Below are positions 12,520 to 24,109 of a stretch of 64,000 bases of DNA, piece after piece. The stretch covers positions 1 to 64,000 of the forward strand of contig NW_027211918.1 of NCBI RefSeq assembly GCF_036971445.1. The letters are read 5' to 3'. A program made the position numbers and the translations under genes. The notes beneath the pieces were generated by a model. The model was given only the letters and a program-made list of their open reading frames with translations. It did not search any database and was not told the DNA's origin. The DNA comes from Narcine bancroftii (Eukaryota). Every line of letters starts with the position of its first letter. Position 1 is the stretch's first letter.

Positions 12520-13375
12520 TCGTCAGCAGGGAGTCAAGTGTAGAGGGTTAGAAGCTGAGTGGGTCAGCAGGATGCTGGGATGGAGAGGGGAGAAGTGCTT
12601 GGTGGGACAGCAAGGTGCTGGGATGGAGGATGAGGAGCTGGGTGGGGCAGCGGGGTGCTGGGATGGAGAGGGAGGAGCTGGGTGGGACAGCAGGGTGCTG
12701 GGGTGGAGAGGCGAGAAGAGCTGGGTGGGTCAGCAAGATACTGGGGTGGAGAGGCGAGAAGTGCTTGGTGGGACAGCATAGTGCTAGGATAGAGGGGGAG
12801 GAGCTGGGTGGGACAGCAGGGTGTTGGAGTGGATGGGGGAGAGGAGCCCATTGGACAGCAGGATAATGGGGTGGAGGGGAGATTTTCTGGGTGGGACAGC
12901 AGGGTGCTGGTGTGGAGAGGGGAGAGGTGCTGGGATGGAGGGGAGGAGCTGGGTGGGACAGTGGGGTGCTGAGATGGAGGGGAGGAGCTGGGTTGGACAG
13001 CAGGGTGCTGGAGAGGAGAGGTGAGAGGTGCTGGGTGGGTTAGCAGGATGCTGAGATGGAGAGAGAAGTGCTTGGTGGGACACCAGTGTTCTGGGGTGGA
13101 GAGGGGACAGGAGGTGGGAAGTACAGCAGTGTGCTGGGGTGGAGATGGGAGAGGTGCTGGGTGGGTCAGCATAGAGTTAGGATAGAGGGGGGTGGAGCTG
13201 GGTGGGACAGCAGAGTGCTGGACTGAAATGGGTAGAGGAGCCCATTGGATAGCAGGGTGCTGGAGTGGAGGTGACAGGAGCTGGGTGGAACTGCAGGGTG
13301 CTGGGGTGGAGGTGACAGGAGCTGAATGGGACAACAGGGTGCTGGGGTGGAGGTGGGTTTGATAACACAGTGCTG
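12520..13375. repeat. G-rich ~41-bp degenerate tandem repeat in the J-CH1 intron
   Basis: About 20 units, consensus on + near GAGCTGGGTGGGACAGCAGGGTGCTGGGGTGGAGAGGGGAG. Confidence 0.93.
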
Positions 13376-13869
13376 GATTTTCCAAAAGAATAACCTGGGG
13401 ATGTGGTTTGCAGCTCGGTTTGGATTCGGCCTCATCTCAGGAAGTGGAAAGAACATCAGAAAAATTAGGCATTTTGACTCTAAACTCTGAGCCATGTTAA
13501 TACATAATGTGGACTGAAATGCTTAGAGTTCTCGAGCATCTCTAAATATTGCAATTCAAGAGAAAAGAGAAAGCAAATTTGTTCAGCTGAAAAATCACAT
13601 CTCAACCGGGTTCACTGGAACCCTGGGGTTATTCAGACTTTAACCGGATCACACATGTGCAGACCTTTTCCCCAGCCAGGTCTTATCTAACAGTTATAAC
13701 CACGAAAGCAGCCGACAGGAAACCCCGATTCCAGTAACTGGAGAAACCGCCCGTCTCGGGGAGATTCAAATAATTGCTTCAATATCTCACTGGCCTCAGT
13801 GAATCAGCTCAAAGGGCAAATTAATAAAATACAAATGGGAAAGGGTAGAATGGAGAAGTAGGGTCTTAC

Positions 13870-13914
13870 CTGAAGTCACTGTCAGCGAGGTTCCTTTCCC
13901 CCAGTAGTTGAGCG
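13870..13914 (-). CDS. IgW: JH gene segment
   Basis: LNYWGKGTSLTVTS (WGxG motif) followed by phase-1 donor G|GTAAGA. Confidence 0.95.
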
Positions 13915-13953
13915 CACACTGCTCCGTCTCCCGACTCACCCAATACAGTAACT
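13915..13953 (+). promoter_or_regulatory. J 5' recombination signal sequence (23-RSS)
   Basis: Heptamer CACACTG 13915-13921, 23-nt spacer, degenerate nonamer ACAGTAACT 13945-13953. Confidence 0.82.
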
Positions 13954-14320
13954 TCACTGAGCCGTCACCTCCAGTTATCTCAGCCAAGTGTCAGAATGAA
14001 CCCTGTCCGGACCAGGAGCAGCCGCTTCCCAAATCTCTGTCACCAACTCCGTCCTCGTCTCTTCCTGACGAGCGAATAAAAGCAGCATTTTGGGCAGTTT
14101 TCCTGTCTGCGGGCACCGGCTCCCCCGCCCCGCGAGAAACTCAGTCGCCGGCTTTGGGGTGTTTAATTGCCCGCAAATGGACATTTCCTCAAACAGCCGC
14201 AGTCAGGCTTCGGGGATGTGACCCTGGGAAGCAGCAATGCGGGATCCGTGGAGACAGACTGCGCTGCAGACGCTCATTTGTCGGGCGGGACCAGTTTCTG
14301 CTCAGCTCCCTACCACCGTG

Positions 14321-14336
14321 ACACTCCAGCTAGAGT
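14321..14336 (-). other. IgW: DH gene segment (ACTCTAGCTGGAGTGT) flanked by two 12-RSS
   Basis: V-side RSS on +: CACGGTG 14337-14343, 12 nt, TCAACAACC 14356-14364. J-side RSS on -: CACGGTG 14320-14314, 12 nt, GCAGAAACT 14301-14293. Frames read TLAGV, SSWS and one with a stop. Confidence 0.9.
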
Positions 14337-14675
14337 CACGGTGACACACCGCCGTTCAACAACCTCCGTCCCTCGCTCTGTCTCCGACCCCACTCTCCCC
14401 TCAGTTAAACCGTCCCGACACTGTCCCGGCTCACAGATCCCCTCCCATCCACACTGGCCAGGGGGCTGGGGCCGCCGCTTCGTGCTCCTGGTTCCGATAC
14501 TCCAGTCCCATCCGCGGCGCTTGGCTCCGACCTGTTCTGTGATCGATCCCCTCGTCCTTCAACCACTCGCCTCCTATTGCAGGGAGGGCCGACGGGGGCA
14601 CAGCAAGGCCGGGAATCCCTGTGGTGATCACTGCTGCCCTCTCACTCAGCGCCCTGAGGGCAGGCGCTCTCGCTG

Positions 14676-14714
14676 GGTTTTTGCAGCGGTCCAGCCCCGC
14701 TTCCTCTCGCCGTG
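14676..14714 (-). promoter_or_regulatory. V 3' recombination signal sequence (23-RSS)
   Basis: Heptamer CACGGCG (14714-14708), 23-nt spacer, nonamer GCAAAAACC (14684-14676), directly after CAR-GA. Confidence 0.93.
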
Positions 14715-15012
14715 TCTCTCGCACAGTAATAGGTGGCCGTGTCTTCCACTTTCAGCTTGTTCATTTGTAGGTAGAAGTTGTTACTTCGCTTGGAAGCGGT
14801 GAATCTGTCTTGGATTCCAGGCGCGTAATACTTGTAACTTTCGCTATAATACGCCACCAACCATTCCAGCCCTTTCCCGGAGACCTGTTTCACCCAGGAC
14901 ATGTAGTAGCTGCCGAGACTGAACCCTCTAGTTTCACAGGTCAGTCTGTAGGACTCCCCGGGCTTCTTCACCGCTGACGCGACCTGTGTCAGGACGACGT
15001 CGGACCGCACGC
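14715..15012 (-). CDS. IgW: Germline VH gene segment, open frame
   Basis: Acceptor TTTTACTGACAG, then (G)VRS-DVVLTQ...LTC...[12 protein letters not shown]...RFTASK...[10 protein letters not shown]. Canonical Cys/Trp/Cys with full FR2 and CDR2, so a conventional VH rather than VNAR. Confidence 0.96.
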
Positions 15013-15121
15013 CTGTCAGTAAAAGAGAAAAGAGTGGATTTTAATGATCGGTTCAACGGCGAGAGAGTCTCCGAGAAGCAGCCGGGCCCGGCCGGGCTGG
15101 GTGAAGACACGGGGCACCCAC

Positions 15122-15167
15122 CTGCCAGACAGGACAGAAAGAGAAAGAGATAAGGAGCGATCCCCAT
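15122..15167 (-). CDS. IgW: Ig heavy-chain leader exon (L)
   Basis: ATG at 15167 encodes hydrophobic MGIAPYLFLFLSCLA-G. Phase-1 donor GTGGGT at 15121, then a 109-nt intron to the V exon. Confidence 0.92.
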
Positions 15168-15255
15168 CGCCCCGCGCACTGAGCCAGACTTGGACACTCC
15201 ACAGATCGGCGGCTTCAGCTCAGACCGGCTTTGTCGGGAGCTGCAGTGAGCGCTG

Positions 15256-15403
15256 TTTAAATGGGGAAGGGGCCAGTGAGAGGGAGAGAGGGAACCGCGG
15301 CTTGAACAGGCTCCCACCCACTGAAACCAGAGGGGCAGCTTCCTGTCCCCTCCCCCAGCAGAGATTTCAGTTCCCCAAAAGATGTTTGTCTGTGCAACAG
15401 GTG
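15256..15403 (-). promoter_or_regulatory. Putative VH promoter elements
   Basis: TATA-like TTTAAA at 15256-15261 (~90 nt before ATG), Ets-like ACAGGAAG at 15346-15339, E-box CAGGTG at 15398-15403. No octamer seen nearby. Confidence 0.4.
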
Positions 15404-15459
15404 CAGGCCAGTGGTCATGATAAGATCCGGATTAAAGATCTATCATACTTTTCAATTCA

Positions 15460-15900
15460 CTCATATACCCCTGAGAGAGAGGGACTGGTCAGTGTTCAGA
15501 TATCCCCTCAACCCCCAACCCCCAGAGAGAAGGACAGAGAGACACAGGTCAGTGTTCTGATATCCCCTGAAGGAGAGGTACTGAGAGACACAGGTCAGTG
15601 TTCTGATATCCCCCTGAGAGAGATGAACTGAGAGACACTGGACAGTGTTCAGATATGCCCACCACCCCCACCCCCCAGAGAGAAGGACTGAGATACACCA
15701 GTCAGTGTCCGATATCCCCCCGAGAGAGAGGGACTGTGTACAGATCTTCCCGTGAGTGACAAAGAGAGACATCGGTCAGTGTACAGATATCTCCAAGAAA
15801 AAATAAATGAGAGATACCAGTGAGTATATGAATACCTCGCAATAGACAGGAATTGAGAGGCAATGTTCAGTGTACAAATATCCCCCTGAGAGAGGGGAAA
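15460..15900. repeat. ~45-bp degenerate minisatellite upstream of the VH promoter
   Basis: About 9 units of GAGAGACACAGGTCAGTGTTCAGATATCCCCTGAGAGAG-like sequence. Confidence 0.85.
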
Positions 15901-17395
15901 ATTTAGAAGAAACATCAGGGGCCTTTATTTTTACACACAGAGTGGTGTGTGTCTGGAATGGAGACTGGTACCATCAGAACATTTGAAAGACTTCAAAAGA
16001 AAGATTGTGGATTACAGATATGAGGTGGGAAAAGGCCCTGTACTGTGCTATATCGTTCTATGTTAAATCAGGGCTTGATCACAGACAGCAAAGTACTTTT
16101 TGAAGTGGAGTGACTGTTGTCTTGGAGGGACGCTGGGACCCAAATTGTACAAAGCAAGTTTCTGAACATCAAAGAAATAAAGAGAGCAGACAAGCTATTT
16201 CAGTGATGCTGGTTGAGGGATCGATGTTGGCAAGGATGATGGAAAATTTCCAAAACCTACATCCACTTCACATGACAGGCATGCTCTCAGTTCACTGCTT
16301 CTTCAGATGGGCAGACCACCTTCAGTCCTGTGCTGGGAGGGCCAGACTGCAGAAAGGGCTCCAGTCACTGGAGTGGGACCTCAACCCACTGCCATTGACA
16401 CAAGCTGGCTGTGACCTCACTGGTGAAGGTGAAATTGATACAGGCAGAATCCATACATGTTGTTGGAGGTCCCCAGGACAACTCTGTTACATCCTCAGCT
16501 CTCACCGTGGAACCAGTTGATCCAGGACAGTGGGAAATACAAAAACATGAGAGACAGAGAGAGGAGAAGCCCATCCAGCCCCACATACTCTCTCCATCAA
16601 TCAGTGAGATCATTGTTCACATTTGACCTCAGGGCCATTTCTAGGCATAAACTCACATCTGTTGAAACATTCATGTCTCAAAGTCCATTTATTGCAGCCT
16701 CAAATGGAGTCAGGGACTGACTCTGGATCCAGAATTTCAAGAATTTCACAGATTCACTCCACTCTGGGTGAAGACATTCTCATCTTCTCGGTGATAGAAC
16801 TATGTGACTATGAACCTTGGTTCTCGACACCCCACCAGCAGAAACATCACCTCAAAATTTATCCTGCCAAGTCTCTCACTAATATCAGATATTTTAATGA
16901 GGTCACACACCCTGTTCCAAACTCTGGAAAGCAGAGATGCAGCCTGCTTCATGCTTAACATACAACAAGCCCACATCCCAGAACTCAATCCCTGCACTCC
17001 CTCAATCACGTTGATCCTTCCTTCAGAGCTGTAATCCTTATTCCAAATATTGTGTCAGAAGGGCTCTCAAAAATTGGAGCAACTTTCCTCTGCTCCTCTA
17101 CTCAAATCTTCTTCCAATAATCACTGTCTCACCTGCATTTTAACTTCAGTGATTCTTGTGCAAGGGCACCCACATCCCTCTGACCTTTCGTTCTCTCACT
17201 TTGTAAACAATACTCTGAATTTGTATTTTTGTTTCCAAAGTGGACGAGCTCACATTTTCCACATTCAATTTTCCAGTGTCTGAGACGTGAATCCTTGCTG
17301 TACACTTGCTGATAGCCCACACTAAGTCCTGTTGTGTTATCAGTCGCTGTACCTCTCCTTCAGACTGAATGCCAGTTAATGAAGAGGACAAAGGC

Positions 17396-17583
17396 TGTGT
17401 AGTTCACCGGAAATCATGGCTTTTATTAGTAGAAACTAAGTAATACAATAAGGAATGATAATGGGTGCAAACACAGTTATAACCAAGGGGAGAGTCTTTA
17501 GTGGTAGAGATAATACACGTCTAATGTCAGTAAAGAAGACTAAGCACAGTGAAAGACTGACAGCATGACACAGATTCATCACA
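17396..17583 (-). mobile_element. Possible solo LTR
   Basis: TG...CA termini, minus-strand AATAAA, near-matching 5-bp flanks AAGGC/CAGGC. Confidence 0.35.
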
Positions 17584-18084
17584 CAGGCCCTGTTAGTTTC
17601 CCCTTAAATACATCTCCATCATTCTCTTCAGCCATCTCCTGTAGCAACAAGTTCCTCCATCTCAGGTGCTTGGGGACAAGCGTTCTTCAAATTCCCCATC
17701 ACATTTCTTGCTGGCTCTCTGACAATGTTGCCCAGGTTGGGAGAGTGAGCTGAACACTTTGCCCCTTGAGCTTACTCAGCCATCCATGGGATCACGACTG
17801 ATCTCACTCTAAGCTCAACTCCGCAATTCCACTATTCATCCCTTGCTTTTCAGGTACCCACCTCCCTCTGCCTTCACAAATATCCAAACACCGTGCTTCC
17901 ATTGTCCTGGAAGGATATCATTCCAAAGACCTGATCTCTGTTTTAATTTGGCAATCCTTTACTTTTAAGCACTGATCCCTAGTTCCAGAATCTCCCACAT
18001 CACCCTGCCATTATCCCTCAGGATTTTAGACATTTCAATCAATTCATCCCATTCTTCTAGATTCCAGCAAATGTAAGCCTAACA

Positions 18085-19035
18085 TGTATTTGGATACAAG
18101 GATTTAGATTGACAGGGACTGATGAGGGATTGTCCACATGGCTTTGTGCATGGAAGGTCGTGTTTAATCTCGAGTTTTTTGAGGAGGTTAACAGCAAAAT
18201 TGATGAAGGCCGTGGATGTTGTCTACATGGAATTTAGCAAGGCCTTTGACAAGGACCCACATGGGAGGATAGTGAGGAAGGTTTAATTGCTGGGTGTTCA
18301 TGGTGAGGTAGTAAATTGGGTTAGACATTGGCTTTATGGAAGAAGCCAGAGAATGGTAGTGAACAGCTGTCTCTCTGACTGGAGGCCTGTGCCTAGTGGT
18401 GTGCCTCAAGAATCGGTGCTGGATCCACTTTTCATTGTCATCTCTATCAATGATCTGGTCTTTGGAACGATAATGTGGTAAATTGGATGAGTAAACTTGC
18501 ACATGACACAAAGACTGGAGGTGGAGTGGATAGTGAGGAGAGCTTTCAAAGCTTGCAGAGGGAACTGAACCAGCTGGAAAAATAGGCTGCAAAATGGCAG
18601 ATGGAATGACATGCAGACCAATGTGAGGTGTTGCACTTTGGAAAGACAAACCAAGGCAGGACATGCACTGTAAATGGTAGGACACTGAGGAGTACAGAAG
18701 AACAGAAGGATCTGGGAATACAGCTAAATAATTCACTGAATGTGGCATCAGAGGTGGATAGGAATGTAAAGAGAGCTTTTGGCACATTGGCCTTCGTAAA
18801 TCAAAGCACTGAGTACAGTGGTTGAGAGGTTATGATGAAGTTTCATAAGATATTGATGATGCCAAATTTGGAGCATTCTGTGCAGTTTAATTTCTGAGAT
18901 TTAAGAAAAATTTAGATGGATCCAAGAACAGGAGGAGTAGGGAGGGATATGTTCTGGATGCAAGTCAGTTGGACCAGGCAGGAAATAGTTCGGCACAGAC
19001 TAGAAGGGCCAAAGGGCCTGTTTTGGTGCTTTATT
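18085..19035 (+). mobile_element. CR1 LINE, 3' RT fragment
   Basis: Broken frames with FSKAFDK, SGVPQESVLDP, KCEVLHFGK motifs and a TTCTATGG-type 3' tail. Confidence 0.85.
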
Positions 19036-19177
19036 GTTCTATGGTTCTATCGTTCTAAGAAAATTTGTCCAGTCCAGGTTGCTTTTGAGTAAACCTTCTC
19101 TGAACTGCTTCTCTGATTGAATAAGGAAAAAGTATTGTGCACAGTAATTTGCATGGATATTTACCAGTGTTCTATAC

Positions 19178-19426
19178 CAGCCATTCTTACAAGGGCCCAT
19201 ATAGACTCTTGGAAGTCACAGCACATTTAAGTATGGGGTGGGGTGGGTGGGGGGGGGGGGGGGGTGTCACGGTCTGAAATCATAAAATATGAGTTTTTTT
19301 TATGCAGTCAGTAGGAGAGATATATGAGGAAACCAACTAAACTTGACTGTTTCACAGGAAAGGGAGCCCATAGACTTCTGTCAGAGTCCTAAGGGGGCCA
19401 TAGTTTAAAAAGTTTGAGAATGGCTG
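19178..19426. mobile_element. hAT-type MITE
   Basis: Terminal inverted repeats CAGCCATTCT/AGAATGGCTG; imperfect 8-bp flanks TTCTATAC/CTCTCTAC. Confidence 0.6.
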
Positions 19427-19992
19427 CTCTCTACTACTGATTCATAGCTCTCCCACCTACGTCATCATTTCCTCGGTCTGCAAACAACAACAATCTGTGA
19501 GCTTTCATTATTGCTGTGGTTATATACCAGCCTTTTGTAATCTGTGCAAATGGTTACCCAGATCTCTCTTCACCTCTGACCCCTGCAATCTCTCACTCTT
19601 GGCATTTTCAGTTTCTGAAATGGACCATTGCAGATTTTCTAACATCCTTTGCCAGATTTTTACACCCTCACTTAACCCACCTCTATCCTTTTTGTCTTCA
19701 GCATCGACTTTCGATCCGATCATCAAGCAACTGTGCCTTCAGAACCTTTGCCCAAGCATTGATTATATTTATATTAGCAGGTTGAAGGCCCAGCACTCTT
19801 CTTGTGGCACCTCACTCAGTACATTTTTCCAATCAAAAAAGACCCAAGAATGTTGACACCCTGCTTCCCGTTACTACCCAGCCCTTCTCTCCATGTCAAG
19901 ATGTTACCTCCTGATCCCTGAGCTTTATTTTTCTGTAAAGGCCTTTGAGGGCTATTGCAGAAAAATGAAGCTCAGGGCTAAGGAGGTAACTG

Positions 19993-20232
19993 GGCAGCAC
20001 GGTTGGCGTAGCAGTTAGTGCAATGCCTTTACAGCGCCAACAATCAAGACCAGGGTTGTCATCCCGCGCTGTCGTTAAGGCGTTTGTACGTTCTCTCGGA
20101 GTCTGTGTGGATTTTTCCCAGGGTCTCCAGTTTCCTCCCACCATTAAAAACTTACCACTGGTGTCGGTTAATTGGGTGTAAATTGGACCCGTGGACTGAA
20201 ATAGCCTGTTCCTGTGCTGTATATTTAAATTT
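19993..20232 (+). mobile_element. tRNA-derived SINE
   Basis: Same family as 8993-9215. Confidence 0.75.
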
Positions 20233-20384
20233 AAATGATCCTTGTCTTCTGCAATCTGAGTAGAGTACATCCACCGGCTACCCATTCTCTGCAACTCATG
20301 TCACGTATTCAAAGAATTCCAAGCAGGGGTTGTGTGTTCTTTCTGTGATTATGTAGGTTTACTGCTGGATTCTCCAGTCTGCTC

Positions 20385-20870
20385 TCGCAGGGATGTAATG
20401 ATGTTGGAGAGAGTACGGAGAAGATTTACCAGGATGATTCCTGGAATGCAAGGGCTAACACATGAGGAGCGCTTAGCAGCTCTTGGACTGTATTCATTGG
20501 AGAATAGAAGAATAAGAAGGGATCTCGCAGAAACATTTTGAAAGCTGAAAGGATTGGACAGAGTAGAAGTGAATAAATATTTCCCTTGGAGGACAAGAGG
20601 ACACAGTCTTAGAATTAGAAGGAACCCATTTAAAACAGAGAGGAGGAGAAATTTCCTTAGCCAGGGGGTTGTGGATTTGTGGGATTCATTGCCACATAAA
20701 GTCGTGGAGGCCCGATCATTGGAGGAGTTAAAGGAAGTATCTAATTAGTCAGAGTATCAAGGTTAATGGGGAAAAGGCCGGAAATTGGAACTAGACGCGA
20801 GAAAGGTTTAGCTCGGTGTGGAGTTGCGGAACAGATGTGATGGGCTGAATGGCCTACTTCTGTTTCTTGT
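20385..20870 (+). mobile_element. CR1 LINE 3' end
   Basis: LERVRRRFTRMIPG...LGLYSLE...RTRGHSL motifs. Confidence 0.85.
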
Positions 20871-23334
20871 GAATATTTTACTGATGGCAGATGTTCAGCC
20901 AAGTGGCCTGTGATTGCAGACTTCCTGCTCTACCTTCCTGAATGTAGGAAATACATTTTCTGTATCTCATCGAAGGGAATTGCTCCAAACTTCATGAAAT
21001 TTGAAATATTAAAAGCAGTTACCAAACATCAGAATTCACAGCTATTTTTCCAAAAAACACTGATCCCTTTATTGTTCTGTTCTTAACATGCTCACCTAAT
21101 CATCCAATCTCAGAAAACACTGACCTGATGATTTAATATTTCTGCTGTCTCACTAACGTTACTTGGAGGTATTAACCCCCATCTCACTTGAACTAGATTA
21201 GCAGGACGATGGGAACCAGGATGCCAGATCAGATATGGGAGTGAAGGAGGAAAGAGATGGACTGAAGATTCAAGATTACAGGAAATGTCAGAGTTTTCAA
21301 GTGCATCTATTTCTATGCAGAAGTATTATTGGAAAGGCAGACGAGCTTAGAGCAAAGATTGGCATGTGGATTATGACATTGTGCCCATTTGTGAAATTTG
21401 ACTGCATAAGGGGCAGGACTGACAGCTCAATGTTCTGGGCTTCTATTGATAGAACAGGGGGATGAAAGGGGGAAGAGGAGCATTGCTCATCAAGGAAAAT
21501 AGCACAGATGTGCTCAGACAGGACAGAACAGAAGACTCCTCTCCTGAGGCTATATGGGTCAAGCTGAGGTCTGGGAAAGGTATGACCACCCTCATGGAGT
21601 TATATTATAGACTGCCCAATACTCAACGAGAATTGGAAGAGCAAATGTGTAGAGAGATAGCAGACAGCTGCAGGAAACATAAAGGTGTGATAGGAGGAGA
21701 TTTTAACTGTCCACATATTGACTGGGGCTCCCATTACTGTAAAAGAGCTGGATGGCTTGAAGATTGTCAAATGTGTTGAGGAAAGTTTTCTCAATTAATA
21801 TACAGAGGTATCAACTAGAGAGAATGCAATATTGAATCTCCTATTAGGGAACGAGACTAGACAGGTGACAGAAATATGTGCAGGGTAATATTTTGAGACC
21901 AATGATCATAATGTTATGCATCGCAAGTTAATTATGGAGAAGGATAGGTCTGGGCCTCGAGTTGAGATTGTAAATTGGAGCAAGACCAATTTTGAGGAAA
22001 TGAGAAAAGATCTAGAACATGTAGATTGGGATAAGTTGTTTTCTGGCAAAGATGTGCAAGGTAAGTATAAGACCTTTAAAAGTGAAACTTTGAAAGCACA
22101 TTGTTTGTATGTTCCTGTCAGGATTAAAAGCAAACTTAACAGGCATATGAAACCTTGGTTTATGAGGGATACTGGGGATCTGGTTTGGAGGAAGAGAGAG
22201 ATAAATAACAGGTATAGACAACACGGAGTAAATGAAGTTCTTGAGAAGTATGATAAATGCAAGAAAAAAGAAAGAAATCAGGAAGACTAAAAGAAGACAT
22301 GAGGTTGCTTTGGCAAACAATGAGATGGAAAATCCTTAAGGTTTCTACAGCTTTACTAAATGCAAAAGGAAAGTAGGGTCACAATTGGTCCCCTTGAAGA
22401 TCAGATTGATCAGCTATACATGCAGCCAGAAGAGATGGGGAGGTCTTAAATAGGCATTTTGTATCACTATTGAATCAGGAAACTGGCACAGAATCCAGGG
22501 AAATAGGCAAACAAGCAGAGTTAAGAGGAGGTGGTGCTTCCTGTTGTAAAGCAAATAAGGATGGATTGATCCCCATGGTTGACAAGATATTCCCTTGGGC
22601 CTTGAGGGAGGCTAGTGTAGAAATTGCAGGAGCTCTGGCAGAAATATTTAAAATGTCCTCAGCCACGTGTGTGGAGCCGGATCATTGGAGGGTAGCTCAT
22701 GTTGTTCCGTTGTTTAAAGGAAGTTCCAAAAGTGACCGTGAAAATCATCAGCTGGTGAGAGCCTGACATCAGTAGTAGGTAAATGACTGAAAGGTGTTCT
22801 AAGAGATCGGATATACAAGTATTTGGATAGTGAGGGACTGGTTAGGGATCGTCAACATGGCTTTGTTTGTGGAAGGTCACGTTTAACCAATGTTTCAGAG
22901 TTTTTTGAGCAGAAAAGTTGATGAAGGTAAGGCTGTGGATGTTATCTCCATGGAATTTAGTTAAGGCCTTTTACAAGGTCCCACATGGCAGGTTAGTCAG
23001 GAAGGTTCAGACACTTAATATTCATGGTGAGGGAGTAAACAGGATTCAAGATTGGCTATACAGGAGAAGGCAGAGAGTGGTAGTGGATGATTGATTGCTT
23101 CTTAGAATGGAGGCCTGTGACTAGTGATGTACCTCAGGGACTGGCTCTGTGACCATTATTGTTTGTTATCTATAGCAAAGGTAATGTGGTGAATTAGATC
23201 AGCAAACTTGGAGGTGTTGTGGACAACGAGGAAAGCTTTCAAATTTGCAGAGGGATCTGGACCAGCTGAAATGGGCTGAAAAATGGCAGATGGAGTTTAA
23301 TGCAGACAAGCGTGAGGTGTTGCATTTTAATTTA

Positions 23335-23617
23335 ATTTCGACATACAGCATGGTAACAGGCCCTTTTGGCCCATAAGCCCATGCTGCCCAATTACCCCCA
23401 ATTGACCTACAACTCATGGTAAGTTTTGAAAGTTGGGAGGAAAACGGGGACCCGGGAAAACTGACTCAGACATGGGGAGAACGTACATACTCCTTACACA
23501 CAACATAGAATTCAATCACTGGTCCAGATCCCTGGAGCTGTAACAGTGTTGATCTAATGGTGTTGTCCCCTAACTGTTACACTAAGGGCGACACCCCTAC
23601 ACTAACCATGCCACCCC
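23335..23617 (-). mobile_element. tRNA-derived SINE inserted in CR1
   Basis: Reverse complement of the 8993/19993 family, splitting the CR1 VLHF motif region. Confidence 0.7.
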
Positions 23618-24109
23618 GATGAATTTTCAAGGGACAACTGAGAAACGGCATACATGGTAAATAATAGGGCACTGAAGAATGTGATCGAACAGAGGGATCT
23701 GGGAATACAGATACATAATTTTCTGAAAGTGTGTCACACGTGGAAAAATGTTGCAAAGAGAGCTTTTGTCATATTGGCCTTTATAAATCTAAGTATTGAA
23801 TATAGGATTTGGGATGTCATTTTCGAGTTGTATTGAGATTGGTGAGGGCAAGTTTGAAGTACTGTGTGCAGTTTTGGTCACCGAACGACAGAAAGATATC
23901 AATACGATTGAAAATGTGCAGAGAAGATTTACTTGGATGTTAACATAAGCAGGAACTGAGTAACAGGGAAAGGTTAAAGAGGTTAGGAATTTATTCCCTG
24001 GAGCAGAGAAGAATGAGGGGAGATTTGATCGAGGTATTTAAAATTATGAGGCATATAGTTAATGTAAATAGGCTTTTTTGAACTGAAGGTGGGTTAGATA
24101 CAAACCAGA

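Noticed and set aside
12564-13385. 273-aa Pro/Ser-rich ORF and overlapping ORFs
   Set aside because: Products of the tandem repeat; no supporting splice or domain evidence.
871-15167. IgNAR or IgM identity for the cluster
   Set aside because: V has full FR2 and CDR2 and CH1 has a light-chain-type Cys, unlike IgNAR. Six CH exons plus the Cys-rich short tail do not fit four-domain IgM.
14167-15631. Long plus-strand ORFs (211 aa, 195 aa) antisense to V/D
   Set aside because: Expected in GC-rich sequence with few stops; no recognisable domain.
16411-17034. Ig/TCR-like words (SALTVEP, ILSPSISEI, AACFML)
   Set aside because: No conserved Cys/Trp framework, FGxG motif, RSS or splice sites; the adjacent sequence looks SINE-derived.
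19147-19154. Octamer ATTTGCAT 4 kb upstream of V
   Set aside because: Several octamers occur at random in the repeats of this window, and this one is too distant for a promoter element.
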